Positions 46,506 through 55,902 are shown, numbered from the stretch's first letter. The stretch is 64,000 nucleotides of DNA from Candidatus Acidiferrales bacterium (GCA_035533875.1 DATLSZ010000038.1:355-64354), one strand, 5' to 3'. Numbers and translations: made by a program. The notes: generated from the letters alone by a model not told the origin.

Positions 46506-47202
46506 GGTATGTAAATTTTTGCAGGTACTCACTTTCGCGTTTATCAACCATCGAAAGAATCTGCTGCAACAGTTTTTCGCCATCAAGCAGTTTTTTCCCG
46601 TTCAAGTGCGTTACTTTTTGTATACGGAGGCTATTGACGAGAACCAATGGTCCTTTTGTGTTCTTATTGATCTCTGTTTCAATAACTTTTGCGTTTTGCA
46701 TAATCAATTGGCGAGTAATGCCATTGAGTCCTTTGGCACGAATCGGCGGCGTTATGAGTTCACCCAGTTTATTTACCGAAAAGACATTGCTGATTGTAGA
46801 TTCTATAATAGTGCCGTTGACGGTAAAGATCGCATCATCGGCATCTTTTTCTTCAGCCATTTTTTTTGCAGCGTCATTGATAGTTCTGTTCGTTGTTTTA
46901 TAAATTTTCAGATAATTTCTTGTGTCTTCAACAGTTATTACTTTGTTGGCTGTTGCATTCTTCGGGAGAGGCCTCTGTTCGAGTATGAGGTTGGGTGCGT
47001 CGTTTTGTACGGTGACGGTTAGTTTTAATACACAGTCTTTGAGGCTGTTATTTATCAAATATTTTTGTATCGTTTCTAACGTAATTGTCGTGTGACCTAT
47101 ATTCAATTTTGCTGCTTGCGACAAAAGTCTTTCTCTATGCTGTTCAAAAAAAAGCGGTGTACCGTTGGTAATTTTTAGTGTCGTGAAGACGCCGATTTTC
47201 AT
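46498..47202 (-). CDS. pabC: Aminodeoxychorismate lyase-like (fold-type IV PLP enzyme)
   Basis: Size and context match, with an N-terminal ...[13 protein letters not shown] pattern. Overlaps folE by 4 nt. Confidence 0.7.
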   Translation of the reverse strand: MKIGVFTTLKITNGTPLFFEQHRERLLSQAAKLNIGHTTITLETIQKYLINNSLKDCVLKLTVTVQNDAPNLILEQRPLPKNATANKVITVEDTRNYLKIYKTTNRTINDAAKKMAEEKDADDAIFTVNGTIIESTISNVFSVNKLGELITPPIRAKGLNGITRQLIMQNAKVIETEINKNTKGPLVLVNSLRIQKVTHLNGKKLLDGEKLLQQILSMVDKRESEYLQKFTYHA

Positions 47203-47762
47203 TTGATTCTATTAATAAAAGACATAAATTCTTCACGAGTTTTTTGATCGTCCCGGAAGGCACCGAGGACGGAAGAAGTGATCATAACCGAGTTTTGTTT
47301 TTCAACTCCCCGCATCATCATACACAGATGTTGCGCTTCAATAATTACACCGACTCCATATGGTTTGAGTACCGTTTGTATTTCTTTTGCTATTTCTTGT
47401 GTCAGTCGTTCTTGCACCTGGAGGCGATGAGCAAATCTATCTACGATCCTGGCTATTTTACTGACCCCGATGATTTGATTTTTAGGAATATACCCGACGT
47501 GGCATTTGCCTAGAAACGGCAGAAGATGGTGCTCACACAGACTATAGAGTTCAATGTCTCTAAGAATTATCATATTGTGGATGCGCTCGCTGAAAATAGC
47601 GTCATTGACTGTCTCTTTCCGTGTTGTGGTATATCCCTTGGTTAACTCTGACAACATCACTGCAACACGTCGAGGCGTTTTTTTGAGTCCTTCACGATCC
47701 GGGTTTTCACCCAATTCGAGGAGCAGTTGTTTAATTAGTGTTTCAATATTTTTATTACTCAT
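47199..47762 (-). CDS. folE: GTP cyclohydrolase I
   Basis: [10 protein letters not shown] and [12 protein letters not shown] motifs. Confidence 0.93.
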   Translation of the reverse strand: MSNKNIETLIKQLLLELGENPDREGLKKTPRRVAVMLSELTKGYTTTRKETVNDAIFSERIHNMIILRDIELYSLCEHHLLPFLGKCHVGYIPKNQIIGVSKIARIVDRFAHRLQVQERLTQEIAKEIQTVLKPYGVGVIIEAQHLCMMMRGVEKQNSVMITSSVLGAFRDDQKTREEFMSFINRIK

Positions 47763-48120
47763 TTTGTCTGGTTATTTCAATTGCTGAAGATTTTGCAAGC
47801 GGAAGCGCTTGCGGTTTTTCAATATGCACGGTTACTAATTTTACTCTCTTATCTTTCAAACAAATATCAGCGACAGCTTGGCCGAGTTTCTCCAGAAGCT
47901 CAAACTGTGATTTTTCGACCATCTTATACACTTCGTTTGCGACATCATAATAACTGACCGTATCATTGATGTCATCCGTTTGTCCTGCCTTTCGTGTATC
48001 GACGGAAAGCGCGATATTGATAATTACGGGTTGCTTCTCTTTCCGTTCGTTTTCAAATATCCCGATAATACAAGATACAGGTAAGTCATTAATAAAAAGT
48101 GTATCAAGTTGTTGTGTCAT
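47755..48120 (-). CDS. folB: Dihydroneopterin aldolase
   Basis: 121 aa with a [11 protein letters not shown]-type motif. Operon position between folP and folE. Confidence 0.85.
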   Translation of the reverse strand: MTQQLDTLFINDLPVSCIIGIFENERKEKQPVIINIALSVDTRKAGQTDDINDTVSYYDVANEVYKMVEKSQFELLEKLGQAVADICLKDKRVKLVTVHIEKPQALPLAKSSAIEITRQNE

Positions 48121-48953
48121 AAGAATTTTTCAAGGACAGCCAAAAATTTTTTCGTCTGCATTATATCATGAGTCCGGATAATCCCGGCTCCGTTTTGAAT
48201 AGCAACAGCTGTTTCCGCAAGCGATGCTTCAAGCCGCTCTGCATGTGATGTTTCTATTTGTAGACTTTCCTGCAGAATTTTTCCGAGATGACTTTTTCGT
48301 GATACACCAATTAAGATAGGTAAATTGAAGTGACTGAACCTGTCAAGATTTTTCAATATTTCGATATTTTGTTCAACTGTCTTTCCGAATCCAATGCCCG
48401 GATCAAGGATGAATTGATCGCGTTTGATGCCATACGTTTCACCAACCGCAATTTGACTCTCAAAAAAATCTCCAATTTCTTTGACGACATCAGCATATGA
48501 TATCTCACCTTGCTGCATTGTTTTGGGCTGTCCGTTAATATGGTAGATAATGATCATACAGCGATATTCGGCAACTACCGATGCAAGCTGTTCATCAAAA
48601 AGAAATCCTCCCAGGCTGTTGACTGCATTTACGCCGTTTGCAAGAGCTTCTCTTGCAACTTCCGCTTTCCACGTATCAATTGAAAGCCGGATGTCTGCTC
48701 CGAAGTGTTTTCTTATTGCTTTGATAACTGGTAGTACTCGCTGTTTCTCTTCTTCGGCATTAATCGGCTGTGAACTACTATATTTGAAGGGAGAGAATCG
48801 CCTGGTCGATTCGCCGCCAATATCGATATAGTCTGCGCCTTCAGCAAGCATTTGCGCAACACGCTTAACTGCTTTTCCGGTACTATTATATTTGCCGCCG
48901 TCCGAAAAAGAATCGGGTGTACTATTGAGAATCCCCATTATTTTCGTTTTCAT
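48117..48953 (-). CDS. folP: Dihydropteroate synthase
   Basis: MGILNSTPDSFSDGG, DIGGEST and RTHD motifs. Confidence 0.93.
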   Translation of the reverse strand: MKTKIMGILNSTPDSFSDGGKYNSTGKAVKRVAQMLAEGADYIDIGGESTRRFSPFKYSSSQPINAEEEKQRVLPVIKAIRKHFGADIRLSIDTWKAEVAREALANGVNAVNSLGGFLFDEQLASVVAEYRCMIIIYHINGQPKTMQQGEISYADVVKEIGDFFESQIAVGETYGIKRDQFILDPGIGFGKTVEQNIEILKNLDRFSHFNLPILIGVSRKSHLGKILQESLQIETSHAERLEASLAETAVAIQNGAGIIRTHDIMQTKKFLAVLEKFL

Positions 48954-49088
48954 AATTGTAAGACACGTAACAAATATTCTTTTATTGCTCTGTGTCCTTT
49001 GCTTTTACTATATTCGGGCTTAGCCGTCAAGACTGTTGCCAAAATTTTAGAAATATGCTTTACTAGTGAGAGCCTAGCAATAGGCGTC

Positions 49089-49622
49089 ATGCCCATGGTC
49101 AATCAGCCAAATCAAGTAAAGAGTCCAGCGCAGCCTATCGTTAAACCCGTCATGGGATCATCGATGCCAAAACCGCCCGGATCAAAACCTTCCGTAATGC
49201 AGTCTTTTGCACCGCCAAAGCAAGGAATTTCCGGAATAATGGTTTTTTTTGTTTTAATCATTATGATTGCGCTTGGCGTAGGAGTCGGATACAGCGCGTC
49301 ACTTTTTTCGGTTCAAGCAGGGGGGAGTTTTGTTCCTAAAGCACTCAATCCAAACGCACCGGTAAAAGGTAAACTCTATGGCAATGGTGATCCGTCAATC
49401 TTCAAAGATACAGCGGAAGGTACAGTGCAAAAAGGAGGAATAGATGGTGAGGGTGCTTTTCATTTGGTCCGTCCGGGTGGTGATAGCCAAAATGTCTATC
49501 TTACATCATCAACCGTTGATCTTTCTCAATTCATCGGATCCAAAGTAAAAGTGTGGGGAGAAACCCAAAAAGCGCAGCATGCCGGCTGGCTGATGGACGT
49601 GGGAAAGGTACAAGCGGAGTAA
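49089..49622 (+). CDS. Membrane-anchored hypothetical protein
   Basis: Pro-rich N-terminus and TM segment IMVFFVLIIMIALGVGVGY. Start moved to ATG at 49089; the upstream part of the track ORF is antisense to folP. Confidence 0.6.
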   Translation: MPMVNQPNQVKSPAQPIVKPVMGSSMPKPPGSKPSVMQSFAPPKQGISGIMVFFVLIIMIALGVGVGYSASLFSVQAGGSFVPKALNPNAPVKGKLYGNGDPSIFKDTAEGTVQKGGIDGEGAFHLVRPGGDSQNVYLTSSTVDLSQFIGSKVKVWGETQKAQHAGWLMDVGKVQAE

Positions 49623-49624
49623 CA

Positions 49625-49719
49625 AGAGTATCAGGGGTATCAAAAGTATCAAAAGTATCATGAGCTATGAAGTTTGTTGTCCTTGATACCAGTGATACAC
49701 TTGATACTTATGATACTCT
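49625..49719. repeat. Beaded hairpin built from four GTATCA / TGATAC words
   Basis: Left arm AGAGTATCAGGGGTATCAAAAGTATCAAAAGTATCA. Right arm TTGATACCAGTGATACACTTGATACTTATGATACTCT. The words pair and the spacers mismatch. Confidence 0.85.
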
Positions 49720-49726
49720 TACTACT

Positions 49727-50428
49727 ATGATTCGATTTGAAAATGTTACCAAACAATATCCGACAGGCAATACGGCACTCGAAGATATCAGTTTTACCAT
49801 TGACCGGGGTGAATTTGTATTTGTCATCGGTCCCTCAGGATCGGGAAAGACGACATTATTTCGTTTATTGATCAATGATGAAATGCCATCAAGCGGATCA
49901 ATTTTTATCGGTGACTGGGATTTAACAAACCTTCCTAAGAAAAAAATTCCGGTATTACGGAAAAATATCGGCGTTGTCTTTCAAGATCTCAAACTTCTTC
50001 GTGACAGGACAATTTATGAGAATATCATGTTTCCACTTGAAGTCGGAGACATTGATTCTCATGAAGCAAGAGAGCGGGTGGATGGGATTATCGAACGGGT
50101 TGGTATCTCAGAACACCGCGACAAATTTCCTATCCAATTGTCAGGAGGAGAACTGCAGCGTGCAGCAATTGCCCGGGCGCTTGCTTTCTCGCCGGAGATT
50201 ATCCTTGCTGACGAGCCGACAGGAAATTTGGACAATGCGACATCATGGGAAATTATCAAGCTGCTGCAGGATATTAATGAAAGCGGAACAACCATACTTA
50301 TGGCAACCCATAATGCCGATATCGTGAACAGCCTGCGTAACCGGACGCTTATTTTGGAGAAAGGGAAATTAACGAAAGATCAGGCAAGCAAACATAAAAA
50401 ACCGGAACATAAAGAACACAAAGAATAA
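49727..50428 (+). CDS. ftsE: Cell-division ABC transporter ATPase FtsE
   Basis: Walker A GPSGSGKTT, signature LSGGELQR, Walker B ILADEPTG. Start moved to ATG at 49727 (MIRFENV). Confidence 0.9.
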   Translation: MIRFENVTKQYPTGNTALEDISFTIDRGEFVFVIGPSGSGKTTLFRLLINDEMPSSGSIFIGDWDLTNLPKKKIPVLRKNIGVVFQDLKLLRDRTIYENIMFPLEVGDIDSHEARERVDGIIERVGISEHRDKFPIQLSGGELQRAAIARALAFSPEIILADEPTGNLDNATSWEIIKLLQDINESGTTILMATHNADIVNSLRNRTLILEKGKLTKDQASKHKKPEHKEHKE

Positions 50429-50430
50429 TT

Positions 50431-51297
50431 ATGAGTGCTACTAAATCAACGTTCAAACATATCAGAAGAAGTCCGTATCAATCATTGGCAGCGGTATTTA
50501 TCATGATGCTGACCTTTCTTTCTATTACCGTCTTTTCTTTTATTGTTTTTGGTTCATCAGAGGTTATCAATTTTTTTGAATCCAAACCGCAAGTAACCGC
50601 TTTCTTTAAAGACACTGCGACACAGCAGAATATAGATGATCTTAAAAAACAGCTTGACCAAACCGGTATGATCTCATCCACGAAATATATATCAAAAGAG
50701 CAGGCGCTGCAGATCTATAAAGCGCAGAATAAAAATGATCCGCTCCTGTTGGATCTCGTGACAGCAGATATCTTACCCGCGTCTCTTGAGATTTCGACTA
50801 TAAGAATTGAAGATTTGAGTTCTGTTTCAAATATTCTGAACAAGTCGCCTATTGTCTCACAAGTTATTTATCAGAAAGATATTGTTTCAACGCTCGCGAG
50901 ATGGACCAATGCGATACGGATCATCGGGGTAGCTTTGATTGTCGTTTTGACTGTTGTATCAATTTTCATTATGATGACGGTGATAGGATTCAAAGTTTCT
51001 CAAAAGCGGGATGAGATTGAAATAATGAAATTACTGTCGGCGACCAATTGGTATATTCGGTGGCCATTCATGCTTGAGGGAATTTTATATGGTGCGGTGG
51101 GAACGTTGATTGGATGGATTATCGCTTCTGGCGGCTTATTATACTTTTCACCGTTTCTTGAATCGTTTCTCAAGGGAATACCGATCTTTCCTATCTCGCC
51201 ATTGTTCTTGTTGGGGTTATTACTGGGAGAATTGGTGCTTGCGGTACTCCTTGGCATTTTTGCCAGTTCACTTGCCGTTCTCCGGTATTTGAAATAG
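50431..51297 (+). CDS. ftsX: Cell-division permease-like protein FtsX
   Basis: N-terminal TM, periplasmic-type domain and three C-terminal TM segments. Immediately follows ftsE. Confidence 0.85.
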   Translation: MSATKSTFKHIRRSPYQSLAAVFIMMLTFLSITVFSFIVFGSSEVINFFESKPQVTAFFKDTATQQNIDDLKKQLDQTGMISSTKYISKEQALQIYKAQNKNDPLLLDLVTADILPASLEISTIRIEDLSSVSNILNKSPIVSQVIYQKDIVSTLARWTNAIRIIGVALIVVLTVVSIFIMMTVIGFKVSQKRDEIEIMKLLSATNWYIRWPFMLEGILYGAVGTLIGWIIASGGLLYFSPFLESFLKGIPIFPISPLFLLGLLLGELVLAVLLGIFASSLAVLRYLK

Positions 51298-51319
51298 CGT
51301 AAAATCCGTTTTTTTACAT

Positions 51320-52567
51320 ATGAAAAAATTTAGTATCATAATTGCTCTTATTCTTTTTGTCTCTTCTGGATTTATCGCGTACGCACAAACTGCGACTCCA
51401 ACTCCTGCAGCCACGACACCGACACCGACTACAAGCACATCAAGCAATACCTCTTCGACGATAGAACAACTGAATCAAAAAATTTCTGATTTGGAGCAGA
51501 AAGTAACTGATCTAAAATCGCAAGGAGACACACTAACTTCACAGATTGGCGTTATGGATAACCAAATTCAGCTCACCGAATATCGCATCAACGCGACACA
51601 GGCGCAGATCATGAGTCTTACGATGGATATTGATTCAGCGGCCAAACGCATGGGTAGTCTTGAATCATCACTGACCAATGTATCAAAAATTTTATTAAGT
51701 CATATTGTCGCGACCTATCAAGCAGGTAGTGCCAATGATATGCAGGTACTGTTGAGTTCTAATGATATTTCCAATTTTGTTACGAAAGAAAATTATCTGA
51801 AACTTGTGCAGAAGCATGATCAAGAATTGCTCTATGATACACAGCAGGCGCGCAACGACTACGCGCATCAAAAAGCGATACTTGAGGACCAAAAAAAGCA
51901 AGTCTTGGCACTTAACACGCAACTGCAGCAGTATACAAAAGATCTTGATTCCCAAAAGCAAGCAAAGCAGGATCTGCTTACGCAAACACAAGGGGATGAA
52001 CAAACGTATGAGAGTTTACTTGCTCAAGCACGGGCAGAGTTGGCAGGGTTCAGCAGGTTTACAACAAGTCAAGGCGGTTCATCACTGTTGAGCGGTCAGA
52101 CGTCATGCGATGGGTGGGGATGTTATTACAATCAGCGTGATACACAGTGGGGAGCACTAGCTATCAACGGACAAAGCGGGTATTCGATGGCAGGGTATGG
52201 TTGTTTGATTACCTCAATTGCGATGGTGCTGAGTCATATGGGTCATAAGGATATTTTGCCAGGTGATATCGCAATGAGCGGGGGCAATAACTTTGCAGTT
52301 GATACCGCGATGCTTGCCAAGTCAATCAGCGTGAAAGGTGTTTCATTATCACGGGTCGGTGTCTCGCTTGATGATGCTTTGTCGAGCGGTCCGGTGATCG
52401 TCGGAATCTATGCCTATGGCGGCACGCATTTTGTCGTGATCAAAAGTGGATCAAATGGCAATTATGTCATGGACGATCCGTATATACCCAATGGACATGA
52501 CATCTCATTTACTGATCACTATACCTTGGGAAGCATCTTTGAAGAAGATAAGATAGTCCTCAATTAG
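51320..52567 (+). CDS. Secreted coiled-coil protein with a C-terminal papain-fold (C39-like) domain; PcsB/EnvC-like FtsEX partner candidate
   Basis: Signal peptide, about 200 aa of heptad-rich sequence and a C-terminal GYGCLITSIAMVLSHMGH Cys motif. Confidence 0.6.
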   Translation: MKKFSIIIALILFVSSGFIAYAQTATPTPAATTPTPTTSTSSNTSSTIEQLNQKISDLEQKVTDLKSQGDTLTSQIGVMDNQIQLTEYRINATQAQIMSLTMDIDSAAKRMGSLESSLTNVSKILLSHIVATYQAGSANDMQVLLSSNDISNFVTKENYLKLVQKHDQELLYDTQQARNDYAHQKAILEDQKKQVLALNTQLQQYTKDLDSQKQAKQDLLTQTQGDEQTYESLLAQARAELAGFSRFTTSQGGSSLLSGQTSCDGWGCYYNQRDTQWGALAINGQSGYSMAGYGCLITSIAMVLSHMGHKDILPGDIAMSGGNNFAVDTAMLAKSISVKGVSLSRVGVSLDDALSSGPVIVGIYAYGGTHFVVIKSGSNGNYVMDDPYIPNGHDISFTDHYTLGSIFEEDKIVLN

Positions 52568-52673
52568 TAGGTGCGCTGAACTACGCTGAACAAAATTCGG
52601 AACCACGCTGTAAAATAGTTTCGATATTTTCATACTTGAACTCAGCTAATAATTTTTTTTATACTCTAAATGG

Positions 52674-53534
52674 ATGAGCTATTTACGTGTTTTCATATTT
52701 ACTGTTTTGTTTTGCTCTTTGCTCTCTATTGTGTCTCGCGTTTTTGCCGATTCAAAACCAGTAATCAATGAATTTCTGCCGCATCCGAGTAATGGCGATA
52801 AAGAATGGGTAGAGCTGTATGTTCCGGATGGCATTGATATTACCAATTATTGGATTGATGATGATACGGATTTTATCAGTGATACCGGAAGCAGTTCGAA
52901 AAAACGGATAACATCCATGGTGCAGGGAAGTGACGCAGAGCATGTTGTTTTTGAACTCTCCTCATTTATGTTTAATAATAGTGGAGATACAGTCGCGTTG
53001 TTTTCCTCTGACGGGGCTTTAATTGATCAGTATGCTTATGCGAGTGATCCTGGGGCTGATGTCTCTATCGGACGAACCCCGGATGGAACAGGCGGTTTTC
53101 AAGTTTTGGCTTCGGCAACACGTGGCAGTCCCAATAGTAGTCCCAAACCTACCGATACACCGACACCTGTGCCGACAATGAAACCTGCCGCTATACCAAA
53201 ACCGACTGTGACTCCAAAGCAAATAATGAGTGAGACAACAATCAGTACAGTGAATGATAAAGCTATCCTCGCTGATGAGATCTCGGTTTCACAAAGCGAA
53301 GGCAATGCTATTTCAGGTACGCAGACTGCAAGTATCAGCTCTCGTCCTACGTCTGTTCTTCGTACGCGAACGAAATCGTCAAAAAAGAGTAATACAATAG
53401 TTCCAAAGCAAATGGTTATGGTGGCAGGTTCATCAAGTTCTTTGCCCAAATTTATTGCAATGAGTATCGGTGGAGTTCTCTTCATAGCCTGTGGTATACT
53501 GGTATACCTTAAAAAGTTAAAAGTCAAAAATTAA
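52674..53534 (+). CDS. Lamin-tail-domain (LTD) protein with a C-terminal membrane anchor
   Basis: VINEFLPHPSNGDKEWVELY LTD motif, Pro/Thr linker and C-terminal TM IGGVLFIACGILVYL. Confidence 0.75.
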   Translation: MSYLRVFIFTVLFCSLLSIVSRVFADSKPVINEFLPHPSNGDKEWVELYVPDGIDITNYWIDDDTDFISDTGSSSKKRITSMVQGSDAEHVVFELSSFMFNNSGDTVALFSSDGALIDQYAYASDPGADVSIGRTPDGTGGFQVLASATRGSPNSSPKPTDTPTPVPTMKPAAIPKPTVTPKQIMSETTISTVNDKAILADEISVSQSEGNAISGTQTASISSRPTSVLRTRTKSSKKSNTIVPKQMVMVAGSSSSLPKFIAMSIGGVLFIACGILVYLKKLKVKN

Positions 53535-53548
53535 AAGTCAAAAGTTTT

Positions 53549-53992
53549 ATGAAAAAGATAACAATTACTTCAAGTTTTAAAGAAACACAACAGCTAGGGT
53601 TGGATTTCGCAAAAACATTCAAGGGTGGCGAGGTACTCGCGCTCTATGGCGATCTTGGAGCCGGCAAGACGACGTTTATGCAGGGGTTGGCAAAAGGTTT
53701 GGGGATTACAAAAAATATTATCTCTCCGACATTTATCATTATGAGGACGTACAAGACTGGATTGAAGAATAAAGATTTACGATTAAAGAATTTATATCAT
53801 TTGGATTTGTACAGAATTGAAAATGAATCTCAAGCGGTTGATCTGGGTTTGGAAGAAATAATGGGAGATCCGGAGAATGTGGTAGCAATTGAATGGCCGG
53901 ATAAGGTAGAGAATCTGCTGCCTGAGAAACGGATCAATATTTACTTTGAATATCTGGGAGACGATACAAGGAAGATACGGTTTGAGGAATAA
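53549..53992 (+). CDS. tsaE: tRNA t6A biosynthesis ATPase TsaE
   Basis: YGDLGAGKTTF P-loop, SPTF and HLDLYR motifs. Confidence 0.9.
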   Translation: MKKITITSSFKETQQLGLDFAKTFKGGEVLALYGDLGAGKTTFMQGLAKGLGITKNIISPTFIIMRTYKTGLKNKDLRLKNLYHLDLYRIENESQAVDLGLEEIMGDPENVVAIEWPDKVENLLPEKRINIYFEYLGDDTRKIRFEE

Positions 53993-54022
53993 AGTATCAG
54001 GAGTATCAAAGGTATCAAGAGC
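53963..54022. repeat. GATAC/GTATC word hairpin spanning the tsaE stop codon (same word family as 49625-49719)
   Basis: GATAC at 53963 and 53974 lies opposite GTATC at 53994, 54003 and 54012. Confidence 0.65.
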
Positions 54023-54039
54023 TTTTGTAATTTTATAAA

Positions 54040-54657
54040 TCACTTCGATTCACATGAAATAAAATCCTTATTTGATTGTTGTGTATAGCTACATCCTCCG
54101 GGAAGCGAAGGTAGCGGGACTGCGACAATTTTATCTTCATTATTTTTACATGCCGTTATATTTGCCTGCGGTGTAGTGATGCAGTTTACTGGAAGTATCA
54201 CAGGTGTTGTGGGAATCGGCGTGTGAGGTGAAGTACATTTGATCATACTTCCGCTTTCCGATGCTTGCAGATTGCATTCTGGTGGAAGTTTGGGAAGTAC
54301 GACGCTGACAGGAAATTCATTTGCACTGGTCGGAGCAGATGTTGGGCAAGTGACTGCCAGCCCTTTTTTTGTACGCTGATAGGAACATCCGGCGGGAGGA
54401 GATGGCAAATTTTTTTCGGGATTGTCCTGATATGCGTTTGATTTTATGTTGCTTGTATTTGGAGAAGCGAGTGCAAAGATATTTATCCCAAGTGTTACCA
54501 TCAAGATTACCATTGAGGTGATTACGGTAAATCGTGAGAACAGAAACGAACGTTTGCGGGTTATATTATAATATTCAGTCGCAGTTTGCTCCGGTTGTTC
54601 TGTTGGCTGTTCTGGCTTTTCTGGTTGAGCTTGCTGTGGTGGTTGTGTCGGATCCAT
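54040..54657 (-). CDS. Membrane-anchored hypothetical protein with three Cys-pair repeats
   Basis: Pro/Gln-rich N-terminus and a TM segment. Three units: PPAGCSYQRTKKGLAVTC, PPECNLQASESGSMIKC and PGGCSYTQQSNKDFISC. Start set at ATG 54657. Confidence 0.55.
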   Translation of the reverse strand: MDPTQPPQQAQPEKPEQPTEQPEQTATEYYNITRKRSFLFSRFTVITSMVILMVTLGINIFALASPNTSNIKSNAYQDNPEKNLPSPPAGCSYQRTKKGLAVTCPTSAPTSANEFPVSVVLPKLPPECNLQASESGSMIKCTSPHTPIPTTPVILPVNCITTPQANITACKNNEDKIVAVPLPSLPGGCSYTQQSNKDFISCESK

Positions 54658-54813
54658 GCTATATCTAGGATAGAGGGGTGTGCGTGGAAAGTCAAGAAAG
54701 TTATTTACATTTTCGTAACAAAAAGCATAAAGGTTTTTTTGATTTGTAGGTATTAACATAATTTCTTTTTTTGTTCTTTTTCCGCAAAAGAACCAAAACT
54801 CTTTGCAAAGAAA

Positions 54814-54913
54814 GTCGGCCTATTTTGCTCATTCACTTATCGGGGGACTATCCGCCCCCTTCGGCAGTACGCCGGATTCCCCCTGATGCGTTCACTCGCA
54901 AAACTTCACGGCC
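54814..54913. ncRNA. GC-rich structured element, candidate ncRNA or cis-regulatory RNA (class unknown)
   Basis: Nested helices GGCC/GGCC, UUUUGC/GCAAAA, GGGGGA/UCCCCC and UCCG/CGGA, with a C(UUCG)G tetraloop. Sits in an otherwise AT-rich spacer. Confidence 0.3.
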
Positions 54914-54988
54914 TTTGTTTCAATTGCAAAAAATATGTTTTATATCACTTAAGAGATCATTTAACCATGAGTATGCTAGAATATTTGC

Positions 54989-55579
54989 ATGGATGATGTG
55001 ACAGAAGCGATTCGGGTTCTTAAAAAAGGTGGCATTGTAATTTTTCCGACAGATACGGCTTTTGGGATTGGCTGCAGGATTGACGATGAAGAGGCAGTGA
55101 AGCGGCTATTCCGGATACGCAAACGACCTGAAAATAAAGCAGTTCCGGTACTGGTTTCAAGCCTTCACATGGCACAGAAATATGTTCAAGAGATCCAGCA
55201 GGATGTTGTTGAAAAATTGATAAAGCCTTATTGGCCCGGAGCTCTCACGATTGTCCTTGCGAGCAGAAATGACAGAGTTCCCGAATTGGTTCGCGGCGGT
55301 ACAGATACAGTGGGTGTACGGGTACCTGACCATTTGACGGCACTTGCCCTTATCAACGGTGTCGGTGTCCCTCTCCTGGGCACATCAGCAAATTTTGCGG
55401 GAGAGGCAACACCTTATGCATTTGAGGATTTGGATGAGGAACTGGTAAAACAAGTTGATTATGTCGTTCCCGGCGTTTGCCATGTGAAACAAGCATCAAC
55501 CGTGATTGACTGTACGAAGAAGCCGTGGAAGATCTTGAGACCAGGATACTTAGATGTAAGATTAAAGATTGAGGATTAA
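54989..55579 (+). CDS. tsaC: L-threonylcarbamoyladenylate synthase (TsaC/YrdC/Sua5 family)
   Basis: GGIVIFPTDTAFGIGC and GTSANFAGE motifs. An extended -10 TGcTAGAAT ends 6 nt before the ATG (possibly leaderless). Confidence 0.88.
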   Translation: MDDVTEAIRVLKKGGIVIFPTDTAFGIGCRIDDEEAVKRLFRIRKRPENKAVPVLVSSLHMAQKYVQEIQQDVVEKLIKPYWPGALTIVLASRNDRVPELVRGGTDTVGVRVPDHLTALALINGVGVPLLGTSANFAGEATPYAFEDLDEELVKQVDYVVPGVCHVKQASTVIDCTKKPWKILRPGYLDVRLKIED

Positions 55580-55585
55580 AGAATT

Positions 55586-55900
55586 ATGATTGCTTTATTG
55601 ATTGATACAACAAATAATAAAGAAGTGACGGTCGGATTGAAAATCGACGGCAAGGAGTTTATTAACAAAAAACCGCTTGATACGAGAAAGGCGCAAGTTG
55701 TGTTACCGATACTTGAGAAAATGCTTAAGGAACGGGGTTTGCAGTTAAAGGATTTGAATGCGATTGAAGTCAATCCCGGCCCCGGCTCATTCACGGGCAT
55801 CAGAGTTGGTTTGAGTATCGCCAATACCCTGGGATTTCTCCTCAAAATACCTGTTAATGGGAAAAGAGTTGGACTAACGACAAAGGCTGTTTATCAATAA
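55586..55900 (+). CDS. tsaB: TsaB (YeaZ)-like protein, short form (possibly truncated)
   Basis: NPGPGSFTGIRVGLSIAN motif. Only 104 aa. The stop is 2 nt from the convergent stop of the 55903 gene. Confidence 0.7.
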   Translation: MIALLIDTTNNKEVTVGLKIDGKEFINKKPLDTRKAQVVLPILEKMLKERGLQLKDLNAIEVNPGPGSFTGIRVGLSIANTLGFLLKIPVNGKRVGLTTKAVYQ

Positions 55901-55902
55901 GC

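Noticed and set aside
49667-49726. N-terminal extension of FtsE (MKFVVLDTSDTLDTYDTLTT) and the 83-aa minus ORF at 53792-54043 (…LDTFDTPDTL…)
   Set aside because: These peptides are translations of the GTATCA/TGATAC word hairpins. FtsE homology begins at MIRFENV (49727).
54814-54913. The GC-rich structured element as a tRNA, SRP (4.5S) RNA or tmRNA
   Set aside because: There is no T-loop GTTCRANYC with a matching 5-bp stem, no cloverleaf, no SRP helix-8 GGAA/AGCA motif and no tmRNA termini on either strand.
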